From Ranitomeya imitator (lineage: Eukaryota), in contig NC_091282.1 of NCBI RefSeq assembly GCF_032444005.1, forward strand, positions 766,444,001-766,508,000: a stretch of 64,000 nt of DNA. Reading direction: 5' to 3'. The stretch's first letter is position 1. Each line of letters begins with the position of its first letter. Both the position numbers and the translations under genes were made by a program. Positions 1 through 13,008 of the stretch are shown piece by piece. The notes under the pieces are model-generated. The model saw only the letters and a list, made by a program, of their open reading frames with translations. It was not told where the DNA came from and did not search any database.

Positions 1-682
1 GCTCCCTCACAAATGACAAAGATAAAGTCTGTCTTCCGGAAGGGGGCGATCCTAGCCAGATAGACCCGCACCGCCCTGATTAGGTCTAACCTGTTCAGTG
101 AACGCTCCAAAGGAGGAGACGGAGCTGGGCAAATGTAAGGTAGGACAATATCCTCATTTGGGTAAAAAGCGGACACTACCTTGGGAAGTAAAGAAGGTAG
201 AGGGGGCAAAGCCATCTTGTCCTGGTGGAGCTGAGAAGCAGGAAAGGGGGACGAAAGGAAAGAGCCCCAACTCCGAAACGCGTGATGGTGATGGCTAGAA
301 GAAACACCACCTTCCAAGACAAAAAGGACAGAGAGACCTTTCAAAGAGGTTGAATGGGAGAATACCTAACAGCCTCCAGGACTAGATTGAGGTCCCAGGG
401 GTCCACAGGTGTACGGCGTGCGCTACCCCCTGGAGAAAAGTTGTGACCTGAGAACGGGAGGATAAGTTCTCCTGAAAAAGAATGGAAAGCGCTGACATCT
501 GGTCCTTTAGTGAATTAAGAGCAAGGCCAGCATCAAAAGTCCCCCTGAAGAAACGTCAGAATAGGAGGGAGAGCAAAGGACATAGGCGATTAGACTCACA
601 CAAGTCCAATAATAGACCTGGGATGACGACTTCCTAGCCCGGATCATGGTCTGAATCACCCGATTTGAAGCCCTGGACACTC

Positions 683-2458
683 TTAGACCTGCAGTTTCAA
701 CAGGCATGCTGTTAAATCGAGCGACCGAGAATTCTGGTGGAAGATCGGCCCTTGGAACAGAAGATCCAGTCTGTCTGGGAGCCTCCAGGAGGCGTCTGCG
801 AGAACATTGACGACCTCTGCGAACCAAAACCTCCTGAGCCAATCCGGTGCTACCAGAATGACTGGCACCCCATCCGCCTTGAACTTTTTCAACAGCCTGG
901 GAAGAAGGGGGAGGGAAGGGAACAGATAGGGAAGGGCAAACTGTAACCAGGGTATTGCCAGAGCGTCGGTGCCAACCGTGAGAGGATCGCAGAACCTGGA
1001 AACGAACTGTGGAACCTTCCTGTTCAGTCAGGACGCCATGACGTCTACATATGGAGTGCCCCATCAAAGGCAAATCTGATGGAAGACTTCCATTCCCTCA
1101 CCACAAGACCCTTGCAGCTGAGAAAGTAGGCAGCAAAGTTGTCCACGCCGGGAATATGCACTGCAGATATCGCCGGAACTGTCACCTCTACCCAGAGGAG
1201 AATCTTGGATACCTCGGCCATCGGCAAGTTCCTCCCTGGTCACTGATAAATGCCACGGCTGTGACATTGTCTATCTGAACTCGAATTGGCAGGACCCTGG
1301 GAAGTCTCTCTCAGTGGCGGAGGGACAAAAGAATGGCCTTTATCTCGAGAATATGGATCAGGAGGGAAGATCCCTCTACCGACCAACGTCCCTGAACAGT
1401 TAGGTTGCGAAAGACTGCACCCAAGCCGAGAAGGCTGGTGTCCGTTGTCACCACCTGCCAATGAACAGGAAGGAAGGACTGACCCTGGAAGATGACAGGG
1501 GATGACAGCCACCAACTGAGAGATTTCTTGACTCGGGAGGAGATCCGAACCGGACGATCCAGAGAGAACGGAATTGTTCCACTGAGATAGGATGGCCTGC
1601 TGAAGTGAAATTGCGCAAAAGGAATAGCTTCTGACGCAGCCACCATCCTTCCCAGGACCATCATGGCTGAGCGGAAAGATGGAGGCCAAGGGCCCTGCAG
1701 AAAGCGAACCCCCCTCATTGGGCGTTGAACAGCATGCCTAGAAAAACGAGGCGCTGAGTTGTGACAAAGCAAGACTTTGCCCTGTTGATTAGCCAGCTGA
1801 GTCGAGATTGAGTTTCAGGAATAATGTACAGACTTTCCTGGGCCTGGTAAAAGAACGGAACCTTGATGAGAATGTCATCGATGTACGGAATGAGCATTAG
1901 ACTTCTGATCCGCAGAATGGCCATTACCGCTGCCAAGATCTTTGTGAAGACCCTGGGAGCAGTTGCGAACCCGAACGGCCAGGTGAGAAACTGAAAATGG
2001 TCCTCCCACACTGCAAAACGCAGGATTCTCTGATGCCCTGAAAAAAAAGAGACATGGAGATAGGCGTCTTGGATGTCTAAGGAGCACAGGAACTCCTGCG
2101 ACTCCATGGAATCAATTACTGAACGAAAGGACTCCATCCTGAAATGATGCAGACGGACCCTTTTGTTCAGTAACTTTACATCCAGGATGGTTCAAACCGC
2201 ACCGTCTTTCTTCGGCACGACAAATAGGTTAGAATAAAACCCTGTGAAACATTTCTGGGGTGGGACGGGAACAATGACTCCTGAACTGAGAAGGGAGGTA
2301 ATGGACTTGAAGAACCCCCCCGGAATCAGAGAAGCATCCCTTGAAGGACAAAATTCGAAGAATCGATCTTTGGGCCACGAAAGGAAATCTATTTTGTATC
2401 CTGAAGATACAATTTCCCTGACCCATGCATCCTGCACCGAGGTGAGCCAGAAATCCAA
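683..2458 (-). pseudogene. DIRS-A pol (RT/RNase H/MT-like), broken into several ORF pieces
   Basis: ORFs 2192-2458, 1715-2137, 1311-1772, 1064-1267 and 683-892 carry successive pol motifs homologous to the DIRS-B pol at 19698-21503. Confidence 0.85.
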
Positions 2459-3960
2459 AGGCGGATGTCCAACCTGGGAGATTCGCTGGGATCTGGAGAT
2501 GAGTCATGCAGAAGAAAATCTACCAGGTCAGGTCCTGGTGGATCTTCCCTGTGTGTTTTGGAGACACCAAGAGGGGTTAGATTTAAAGGAAGCCCTTTTC
2601 CTATCCTGGCGAGCCTGTGGCCTCTCTTGGTGGAAGAAATCCTTTGTCAAAGAGAAACGGCGAAAGAGCCAAAAGGACCAAAACTCACGCTTCAAAGGAT
2701 TGAGGAAGGAGAGAGCTTATGGCCTCCTTAATAATTTGGTCCAGCTTGGCGCCAAATAGACGGGAACCCTGGAAAGGCAAGCTGGTAAGGGACTTTTTGA
2801 AGATAAGTCCGCCTGCCAGGCCTTAAGCCAAATGGTCCGTTGGATGGCCACTATATTGGTGGACGCCTGAGCAGTGCATGAAGCAGAGTCCAGTGAGGCG
2901 GATACCAGGTACGTCCCTGCATGAGCATGAGAAATATGGTCCTTGAGGTCAGCCAGTTTCTTCGATCGGGTCCCAGAAAGAATGCCCTGACAGAGCTGCT
3001 TAGCCCATGCGGCTATCGACTTTGACACCCAGGTGGTGGCAAAAGCAGGCCACAATGTAGAAGCAGCAGCTTCAAAGGCTGACTTTGCAAAGGACTCTAT
3101 GAGCCTGTCATTGGAGTCCTTGAGGGATGCTCCATCCGTAAGAGGGAGGACCATGTTGGTGGATAGTCTGGAAACTGGAGGGTCCACAGTCGAAGAAGCG
3201 GTCCAGTTCGCCGTGAGCTCAGGGGCTAAGGGATATAGAATCCCAAGTCGCTTCCCTCTTTGGAAGCGTCTGGTCGGGTTTTCCCATTCCCTGGAAAGTA
3301 CCAAATTCCCTATGAGGGGCAAAGACCTTTGGAGCTGGGCTCAACCGTCTAAACGGAATCTCCTGTTCTGCGGGTTCCGTAGCTATATCCTTAATGTTAA
3401 AGGTCTGGTTGACCATCACAATGATGCTCTGGACCATGTCTCTCATAATAGAGGCCTGGTCAGAATCCAGGTCCGAGTCATCCTCTGATGGTATATCAGA
3501 AACCACCTCGCCTGATTCAGGGAAGGAGGATCGGAAAGAAGCTGTCCACCAGGAGAGACTAGGGGGAGAGCGGAAGGAAGATCTAGAACAACACTACTGC
3601 TTAGATCTCTGATGGCCACTGTTGGTAGGCAAAGCCGATGAGTCCTGCGATCCGCTAGCAATGGCAGAGGGCGGAACAGAGAATCTGTAAAGAACGGACA
3701 CCAGGGTCTGTGACACCTTGGTGAGGTCTGCCACAGATTGTGACATAGAGGTAGCCCACATTGGGATAGAGGCACCACTCTCTCCTGGGGCAGTAGGTGA
3801 CTCCTGGGTAACAGGCTCGAGGGAGGCTGCTGCAGTCCTGACAGAGGGGAGAGGACTGACCTGAAGGAAGTTTGCAATTACATGAAGAGTAGACAAAGTG
3901 TCTGACCAGAGTAGAGGAAGAAGAAGACGAAGCAGGAGGGTGAGAGCCCTCACGGGGCTC

Positions 3961-4057
3961 ATGTATAGTTGTATTTGTCTATATTTGCCCCCTTGTCACA
4001 TGTAAAGCGCCATGGAATAAATGGTGCTATAAAAATGAACAATAATAATAATAATAA
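3961..4057 (+). mobile_element. 3' tail fragment of an L2-type LINE or SINE inserted in DIRS-A
   Basis: TGTAAAGCGCCATGGAATAAATGGTGCTATA followed by (AAT)n; resembles the tail at 58480-58530. Confidence 0.5.
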
Positions 4058-4714
4058 GGTTAGGGGACAGAAAAGAATATGCTGAGGAGAGTGTCAGTCT
4101 GCAGAGCAGAGCTACTCATGGGAAGGTGCAGGTCCAGAAGTCTGCTTCCAGGCTGTAAAGGGCTCCAGGAGACCAGCAGGGCTGCAGGAGGATTGCACAA
4201 GGGATACAGAACTTCCTGCAGACGAATGTCACCTTCCGGATCCAGATGCCGGCAAATGGCGACCGCAGGGAGGAAGAGCGGGGCCCACAGGGAGAAAAAG
4301 AAGGCACAGATTCCACGCCACTGAGGAGGAAGAAGGGGACATGTACAGAAAAACCAGCAAGATGAGGCTGGAGGAAGGTAGGGGGGGAACTGCCGGTGCT
4401 AGGAGAAGGGGACGTGACTGCGACGGATGGGAGATAAGCCCGCCCGATGATGTCGGGAAGAGGGGCTAACCGCCCGGGCTAGGCCATGCTGAAGTCGGAG
4501 CCTAGAATACAAAAAAGTGGCCAACAAGACAGGGGAGGAAAGCGCGGAGGCTCCAAAGTTAACAAACAGGCGATCCCTGCATGTGTTCAGGATGTTTAAC
4601 AGCCGCAAGTCATGCAGCTGCGGGGACACAAACATAATCTATGAGCACGCCCAGGATACTCGGAGAACACCCGAGCATGCTCGGAAATCTCGAGTAATAA
4701 TCACACTCGCTCAT

Positions 4715-5305
4715 CATTAATTCTGTTGCCTACCAAAAGATCCTGACGGAGAAGGTCCGGCCATCTGACCGCAACCACGAGCTAAGAGCACTTGGGTTAG
4801 GCAGCAGGACAATGATCCAAAACACACCAGCAAATCCACCTCTGAATGGCCTAATAAAAATAAAATGAATACTTTGGAGTGTTCTAGTCAAAGTCCTGAC
4901 CTTAATCTGATTGAGATGCTGTGGCATGACCTTAAAAAGGCGGTTCATGCTCAGAAACCTCCAACAAGGCTGAATTACAACAATTCTGCAAAGATGAGCG
5001 GCCAAAATTCCTCCAGAGCGTTGTAAAGGACTCATTGCCAGTTATCGCAGACGCTTGAGTAAAGTTGTTGCTGCTAAGGGCGGTCGGACCCGTTATTAGG
5101 TTTAGGGGGCAATCACTTTATCACACAGGGCCCTGCAGGTGTGGATTTCTTTTTCCCTTAATAATAAAGACATTAATAAACTGCATTTTGTGTTACTTAT
5201 GTTACCTTTGTCTAATATTTACATTTGTTTACTGATCTGAAACATTTCAGTACGACAAACATGGAAAAGGACAGGAAATCAGGAAGGGACAGACATTTCA
5301 CATAG
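4715..5305 (+). mobile_element. Tc1-like transposon 3' remnant
   Basis: Frameshifted QQDNDPKHTSK and SQSPDLNLIEMLWHDLK motifs followed by Tc1-like 3' terminal sequence. Confidence 0.7.
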
Positions 5306-5341
5306 CTGTAGATGAGCTCTCTATAGATAATATTTCCGTAC

Positions 5342-5432
5342 CTTGACGACGTCCTCCAGCGTGTGCACTGCATCATCCACGGCCACCAGGTAATGAGTCC
5401 TCGGCCTCTGGTCCACTATGTTCTGCACCACG
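5342..5432 (-). CDS. AK7: Adenylate kinase 7, exon 8 ([30 protein letters not shown])
   Basis: 91 bp, cag/gtacgg boundaries, matches AK7 [30 protein letters not shown]. Confidence 0.95.
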
Positions 5433-6329
5433 CTGTAATCAGCACATACGTTATTACATGTCATCCAGCGGCTCTCACTCCCCCGCGGCATGGTGCGAGG
5501 TGTTGTTGACGTGGCTTCTGTTGTGATGTGGCTTCTGTCGGCCATGTGTCAGATATAGGTCTTGTTCACCTGTCCTATTACTTAGGATAAGACTGGACAC
5601 ACCAGCAGCGGCTCTCATCTCCTGATGTGAGGGCCTCTGGACACCCCTATAACAGGAATCTTGGCATATAAGCTGGTGGCCTCTCCTCAGTGTTATGTGA
5701 CTGATGGGAATTCACTGTATCAAGGGGGAAAAGGGCCTCACTGAAGCAGTGGAAACAGCGCCACTCAGGTCCACATGGCTGTGTTTAGTATGGCCCCTCA
5801 GCACCAGCTTATAGTGACCATCCATCATATGTCATGTAGTCACTCCACCTGGTGCCCTCTGCTGATACTGGCGATCCCCTCCTCCTGCATCCACGGAGCA
5901 GTGGATAGTTTTTGACACCTAATCTGATAGCAGCATGGTGTAGGGTCAGAGACCCGGATTCCAGTGATGTGTCACTTATTGGGCTGCTGGCTGTAGTTTT
6001 GATAAAATCCTCAATTTATCAGCAAGAGATTATGACTAGAGGACTAATAAACCTACTGTCAAGTAGTCTAACCCAGCCCCCAACACTGATTGACAGCTTT
6101 CAACCTATACCCAGTCTACACAGAAATCAGCCAATCAATGGTGTGGGCGGGGTTATACAGGGCTCAGCATTCAGAGCACTGCTACAACTGCGGCACAGAA
6201 AGCTTGGATTTTATCAAAACTATAGTAATAAGCCCAGTGAGTGACATATCACTGGAATCAGGGTCTCTGCACCTACATCATTTTGTCCTCAGATTGGGTA
6301 ACAGAAACCTGGTCACAGATTCCCCTTAA

Positions 6330-6502
6330 AGGGAACCTGTCACCTGAATTTGGCCTTGCGCAGGCGTGTACTATGGAGGACAGAGAATGAACTTCAGTCC
6401 AATATTGCGGCCAGCGGGTAAGGAAAGGGTGAATCAAACACCTGAAAACTCCGCCCATATGACCGAAAACCGGTCCCGCCAAATTCAGGTGACAGGTTCC
6501 CT
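6330..6502. mobile_element. T2/Kolobok-type MITE
   Basis: TIR AGGGAACCTGTCACCTGAATTTGGC, flanked by TTAA on both sides. Confidence 0.85.
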
Positions 6503-6611
6503 TTAACCCCTTCCCAATTACGTTGAGCTGCAGTACCAGAAACGGCTGCCTGTCTAGAGGTGGCGCTGTGCACTGAAGAAGCCATTGATGAAGTGTAGCA
6601 GAAATCTTTAC

Positions 6612-6700
6612 CCGGCCAAATCCGCAACATGGATCATTGGGACGATATTCTGTCCATCTCCATAGATGGATAATGCAGACGTCTCCCCCATCCAGGCCTC
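6612..6700 (-). CDS. AK7: AK7 exon 7 ([30 protein letters not shown])
   Basis: 89 bp, tag/gtaaag boundaries; not shown in the correct frame in the ORF track. Confidence 0.93.
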
Positions 6701-6805
6701 CTACAAGTAGAGTCATCACAATGTGATTGTACAGAGATGCAAGATACAACGGTGCCCTTCTTCTAAAGAGCCTATGAATGGCTCTGGTTCTTCTCAGAGA
6801 CTTAC

Positions 6806-6889
6806 TTTAAAGATTGTATGAAGAATGCCTTCTTCTGCTCCATACGGGATCCCGGATGCAATTACATAAGTGGAAAATTTGCTTTTGTT
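6806..6889 (-). CDS. AK7: AK7 exon 6 (NKSKFSTYVIASGIPYGAEEGILHTIFK)
   Basis: 84 bp, cag/gtaagt boundaries; homologous to AK7 [25 protein letters not shown]. Confidence 0.93.
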
Positions 6890-7078
6890 CTGCGCAAGAG
6901 ACAAAAATGATAGTCAATGCTTCAATAAATAGGTTGAAAAGTAGGAAACACAATCCTCAAAATGTAACTGCAATTCTGCCGATCACCATAAGGTGGCACT
7001 ACTGGCTCTTTTTTAAAAATAGGGATTTAGCATTGTGTCAATGGCGGAATGTGGGTTCAATCACAGCATGTTATACCC

Positions 7079-10000
7079 TACCCCCAACATAATACTCACA
7101 GTCAATCAGCCGCACGTCCTCCCCCACCCCCCACATAATACTCAGTCAGCCGCATGTTCTCCCCTACCCCCCAGATAATACTCACAATCAATCAGCCGCA
7201 CGTTCTCCCCCACCCCCCACATAATACTCACAGTCAGTCATCCGCACGTTCTCCCCTACACCCCACATAATACAGTCAGTCAATCAGCCGCACGTTCTCC
7301 GCTGCCCCCACATAATACTCACAGTCAGTCAGCCGCATGTTCTCCCCCACCCCCACATAATACTCAGTCAGCCGCATGTTCTCCCCCACCCCCACATAAT
7401 ACTCAGTCAGCCGCATGTTCTCCCCCACCCCCCACATAATACTCAGTCAATCAGCCGCACGTTCTCCCCCACCCCCCACATAATACTCACAGTCAGTCAT
7501 CCGCACGTTCTCCCCTACACCCCACATAATACAGTCAGTCAATCAGCCGCACATTCTCCGCTGCCCCCACATAATACAGTCAGTCAATCAGCCGCACGTT
7601 CTCCGCTGCCCCCACATAATACAGTCAGTCAATCAGCCGCACGTTCTCCGCTGCCCCCACATAATACAGTCAGTCATCCGCACGTTCTCCGCTGCCCCCC
7701 CACATAATACTGAGTCAGTCAGCCGCATGTTCTCCCCCAACCCCACATAATACTCACAGTCAATCAGCCGAACATTCTCCGCTGCCTCCACATAATACTC
7801 ACAGTCAGCCGCATGTTCTCCGCTGCCCCCCACACAATACTCAGTTAATCAGCCGCATGTTCTCCCCCACCCCCACATAATACTCACAGTCAGCCGCATG
7901 TTCTCCGCTGCCCCCCACACAATACTCAGTTAATCAGCGGCATGTTCTCCCCCACCCCCACATAATACTCACAGTCAGTCAGCCGCATGTTCTCCCCCAC
8001 CCCCACATAATACAGTCAGTCAATCAGCCGCACGTTCTCCGCTGCCCCCACATAATACAGTCAGTCAATCAGCCGCACGTTCTCCGCTGCCCCCACATAA
8101 TACAGTCAGTCAATCAGCCGCACGTTCTCCGCTGCCCCCACATAATACAGTCAGTCAATCAGCCGCACGTTCTCCGCTGCCCCCACATAATACAGTCAGT
8201 CAATCAGCCGCACGTTCTCCGCTGCCCCCCACATAATACAGTCAGTCAATCAGCCGCACGTTCTCCGCTGCCCCCACATAATACTCAGTTAATCAGCCGC
8301 ATGTTCTCCCCCACCCCCACATAATACTCACAGTCAGTCAGCCGCATGTTCTCCCCCACCCCCACATAATACTCAGTCAGCCGCATGTTCTCCCCCACCC
8401 CCACATAATACTCACAGTCAATCAGCCGCACGTTCTCTGCTGCCCCCCACATAATACTCAGTCAATCAGCCGCACGTTCTCCGCTGCCCCCACATAATAC
8501 TCACAGTCAATCAGCCGCACGTTCTCTGCTGCCCCCCACATAATACTCACAGTCAATCAGCCGTACTTTCTCCCCAACCCACCACATAATACTCACAGTC
8601 AGTCAGCCGCATGTTCTCCGCTGCCCCCCCACATAATACTCACAGTCAGTCAGCCGCATGTTCTCCGCTGCCCCCCACATAATACTCACAGTCAGTCAGC
8701 CGCACGTTCTCCACTGCCTCCACATAGTACAGTCAATCAGCCGCACGTTCTCCACTGCCTCCACATAGTACAGTCAGTCAGCCGCACGTTCTCCACTGCC
8801 TCCACATAGTACAGTCAATCAGCCGCACGTTCTCCACTGCCTCCACATAGTACAGTCAATCAGCCGCACGTTCTCCGCTGCCCCCCCACATAATACAGTC
8901 AGTCAGCCGCACGTTCTCCACTGCCTCCACATAGTACAGTCAGTCAGCCGCACGTTCTCCACTGCCTCCACATAGTACAGTCAATCAGCCGCACGTTCTC
9001 CGCTGCCCCCCCACATAATACAGTCAGTCAGCCGCACGTTCTCCACTGCCTCCACATAGTACAGTCAGTCAGCCGCACGTTCTCCACTGCCTCCACATAG
9101 TACAGTCAGTCACACGTTCTCCGCTGCCTCCACATAATACAGTCAGTCAGCCACACGTTCTCCGCTGCCCCCCCACATAATACAGTCAGTCGCACGTTCT
9201 CCGCTGCCCCCCACATAATACTCACAGTCAATCAGCCGCACATTCTCCGCTGCCTCCACATAATACAGTCAGTCGCACGTTCTCCGCTGCCCCCCCACAT
9301 AATACAGTCAGTCAGCCGCACGTTCTCCACTGCCTCCACATAATACAGTCAGTCAGCCGCACGTTCTCCACTGCCTCCACATAGTACAGTCAATCAGCCG
9401 CACGTTCTCCGCTGCCCCCCCACATAATACAGTCAGTCAGCCGCACGTTCTCCACTGCCTCCACATAGTACAGTCAGTCAGCCGCACGTTCTCCACTGCC
9501 TCCACATAGTACAGTCAATCAGCCGCACGTTCTCCGCTGCCCCCCCACATAATACAGTCAGTCAGCCGCACGTTCTCCACTGCCTCCACATAGTACAGTC
9601 AGTCAGCCGCACGTTCTCCACTGCCTCCACATAGTACAGTCAGTCACACGTTCTCCGCTGCCTCCACATAATACAGTCAGTCAGCCACACGTTCTCCACT
9701 GCCCCCCCACATAATACTCACAGTCAATCAGCCGCACATTCTCCGCTGCCTCCACATAATACAGTCAGTCGCACGTTCTCCGCTGCCCCCCCACATAATA
9801 CAGTCAGTCAGCCGCACGTTCTCCACTGCCTCCACATAATACAGTCAGTCAGCCGCACGTTCTCCACTGCCTCCACATAGTACAGTCAATCAGCCGCACG
9901 TTCTCCGCTGCCCCCCCACATAATACAGTCAGTCAGCCGCACGTTCTCCACTGCCTCCACATAGTACAGTCAGTCAGCCGCACGTTCTCCACTGCCTCCA

Positions 10001-10663
10001 CATAGTACAGTCAATCAGCCGCACGTTCTCCGCTGCCCCCCCACATAATACAGTCAGTCAGCCGCACGTTCTCCACTGCCTCCACATAGTACAGTCAGTC
10101 AGCCGCACGTTCTCCACTGCCTCCACATAGTACAGTCAGTCACACGTTCTCCGCTGCCTCCACATAATACAGTCAGTCAGCCACACGTTCTCCGCTGCCC
10201 CCCCACATAATACTCACAGTCAATCAGCCGCACATTCTCCGCTGCCTCCACATAATACAGTCAGTCGCACGTTCTCCGCTGCCCCCCCACATAATACAGT
10301 CAGTCAGCCGCACGTTCTCCACTGCCTCCACATAATACAGTCAGTCAGCCGCACGTTCTCCACTGCCTCCACATAATACAGTCAGTCGCACGTTCTCCGC
10401 TGCCCCCCCACATAATACAGTCAGTCAGCCGCACGTTCTCCACTGCCTCCACATAGTACAGTCAATCAGCCGCACGTTCTCCACTGCCTCCACATAGTAC
10501 AGTCAGTCAGCCGCACGTTCTCCACTGCCTCCACATAGTACAGTCAGCCGCACATTCTCCGCTGCCCCCCCACATAATACAGTCAGCCGCACATTCTCCG
10601 CTGCCCCCCACATAATACTCACAGTCAGCCGCACGTTCTCCGCTGCCTCCACATAATACTCAC
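7079..10663. repeat. About 3.6 kb minisatellite, 40-50 bp unit (CCCCACATAATAC[TC]ACAGTCAGTCAGCCGCACGTTCTCCGCTGC), in AK7 intron 5
   Basis: Directly visible tandem array that fills almost the whole intron and ends at the exon 5 donor. Confidence 0.97.
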
Positions 10664-10774
10664 AGATTTCCCCATCTTAATCACCAGCTTCTCAACACTT
10701 AGGTGATCCTTAAAGTTTAGGTGACATTTCCTTCTGCGATAATCATCTTCAGTGAAAGGGATTTCAGGATCATC
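10664..10774 (-). CDS. AK7: AK7 exon 5 ([37 protein letters not shown])
   Basis: 111 bp, aag/gtgagt boundaries. Confidence 0.96.
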
Positions 10775-10856
10775 CTTTATAAAGAGAGAAACCGTGAAAG
10801 TGTCACTGTTGGGGACCACGTTACAGGCTGTGACGCACTGACTGCAGACCACCTAC

Positions 10857-10951
10857 CGGATCCAGGGGTCTGCTCCGCGCCCAGGTCAGGACCGACGATA
10901 TTAATATGAACAGCTTCTGGCTCTCAAAGTTTTCAATCTCAGTGAAAAGAG
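10857..10951 (-). CDS. AK7: AK7 exon 4 ([31 protein letters not shown])
   Basis: 95 bp, cag/gtaggt boundaries. Confidence 0.96.
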
Positions 10952-12197
10952 CTGGAAAATACAAGACGTGGCGGAGACGTGCGATTATAGACCCCTCACA
11001 CTGCTCCATACTGGACTGATAATCCGGCACCCCCGTGGTCCTGAGGATACCGGATTAGTGGTCATTTACTGTGCCATTCTTTCTTACGTCCCCCTAGTGA
11101 TTCCCCCCATAACTCCCCCCAGTGATCTTCCCTGTGACTCCCCCAGTGATCCCCCCGTGACTACCCCCCAGTAATCATAACCTGGCTACATATCCAACAG
11201 ATAAGGCATCATTTTATAAGATGGAAATACCCCTTTAATTGAGCAAACTGCATATGCCGCACCTGGTACAATGTGCAGGATCGGAGGGGGTCCCAAAAGT
11301 CAGACCACCACAATTATCAAGTGATGGCATATCCTAGCAATATATCATTTTATAAAGTGGGAATACCCTATAAGAAATGTTTCCCATTGGGTTTACTGCT
11401 TATTAGTGCATTAAACGGGTTGTTCTATCCTTACGACAGGTCATCAGTATCAGATGGGTGATGGCCGGACACACGAGACCCGCTGATTGCAGCTCCTTCA
11501 GCGGCTGGATGACCACAGTGTACAGCACAGCGCCATCACTGTGTAATCGCTATTCTCAAGTACTGCAGCTCAGTTCCTATGGTAGTGAATACGATCGGAG
11601 CTGTAGTACCAGGATCGTCCACTTCACGGAGTACAGAGTTGTTCTAAGTCTGAGCACGATACATCCAGTAGCCACAATGTAGGACCCAACTAATCTGGGT
11701 CATTAAAAACTACAACAGGAGGAAAAAAAGCAGGAAAAAAGCTCCACTATTCTAGAGAAAGCACCACAGAAAAAACAGGCAAAAATGCTTACCTGTCCAG
11801 GCCTCATATCAAATGCACTCTCATGGTGCAGTGGGCCCGAGTAAAGATGGCGACTACACAGGTATGGCAATACCAAATGAGACAGCCAGCCTACAATCAG
11901 GGATTGGCCGCTTGGCACACCAGTGCAGATAAATCTGGGTCATTATTGTCTACTTCATAGACAACCCTTTAAGAATGAACAGGTGACAATGTGCCGGTCC
12001 CCACAGTGTGATCACCCCTGGCGATGGGGGTCCGCCTGCCATCTTTAGGTGCTGCCTAGTCTCGGTGCGTGCTGTGTATTCATTAGTTACTCTAAATTAC
12101 GCCTAGAAACATTTCCTTTAATGGACCTTCCTTTTAAATAATGTACAGATTACAGGATCCTCACTGGGATCTACTATGGTAGAGGAGATCCACCCAC

Positions 12198-12306
12198 CGG
12201 AAACGGCCCACGACGCCTCCTCGATCTGCGTGGGGTCCTCGGTGACGTTGTAGACGATCACATCACTCTCCAGGAGATGATGTAAGAGCTCGTCTCTGCT
12301 CGATAT
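12198..12306 (-). CDS. AK7: AK7 exon 3 (ISSRDELLHHLLESDVIVYNVTEDPTQIEEASWAVS)
   Basis: 109 bp, cag/gtgggt boundaries. Confidence 0.96.
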
Positions 12307-12361
12307 CTGAAACACAGGAGAAGCGGAGCCGGATCACAACCATGTCACATGGGTGGGGGCA

Positions 12362-12933
12362 AACTTCAAAAAAACTGACCGTCACATCCAAACATAGACT
12401 AAGTGTGAACAGGTGCTGAACCTAGAGTCACCAACTCGTATACACTCAAACAAAAAAGCAGTACACTGTAGCGCCATAGCTTGCAAACATGAAATATGAA
12501 AATTGAATTGCATTACTGCATTAGAAATATGAAACAATTGAGAAAGTTTAGCGTATAAATTGGCTAATTCATGTGTACCTGGTAGCCACGTTAAGGCTTT
12601 TCTCGTTCCCAGGACCTAGCAATGCCATTCCTCTTTTAGAATAAAGTCTTCATCTGTATGGGAACCTAATATGAGTCCTCTCTTAGACTGAAATCTTACA
12701 GAGGACTCATATTATGTTCCCATGCATATGAAGACTTTATTCTAAAAGAGGAATGGCATTGATAGATCCTGGAAACGAGAAACGCCTTAACGTGGCTACC
12801 AGGTACACATGAATTGGCCAATTTATGCACTAAACTTTCTCAATTTTTCATATTTCTAGTGCAGTAATGCAAGTCAATTTTCATATTTTATGTTTGCAAG
12901 CTATGGCGCTACAGTGTACTGCTTTTTTGTTTG
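12362..12933. mobile_element. Long-hairpin insertion (Penelope-like non-autonomous element) with a 13-bp TSD
   Basis: About 490-bp imperfect palindrome plus a short unique head, flanked by ATGGGTGGGGGCA at 12349-12361 and 12934-12946. The PLE assignment is inference. Confidence 0.7.
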
Positions 12934-13008
12934 ATGGGTGGGGGCAGACCCCCAGCTCCATACAGTACAGGGAGCACTGCTGTGCGCAGAGAAGAGGACG
13001 TTCATTAC

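Larger units (their letters stand above)
1..4620 (-). mobile_element. DIRS1-type retrotransposon copy A, degenerate, inside AK7 intron 8; 3' end is off-window
   Basis: Frameshifted fragments in DIRS order on the minus strand: gag (2717-3962), RT (LDIQDAYLH...PYIDDILI), RNase H (VTTDTSLLGLGA), methyltransferase-like tail (VILVAPDW) and tyrosine recombinase (about 1-400). The 5' boundary is approximate. Confidence 0.85.

Noticed and set aside
7079-10663. CRISPR-like appearance of this and other arrays
   Set aside because: No unique spacers and no cas genes; eukaryotic intronic context.
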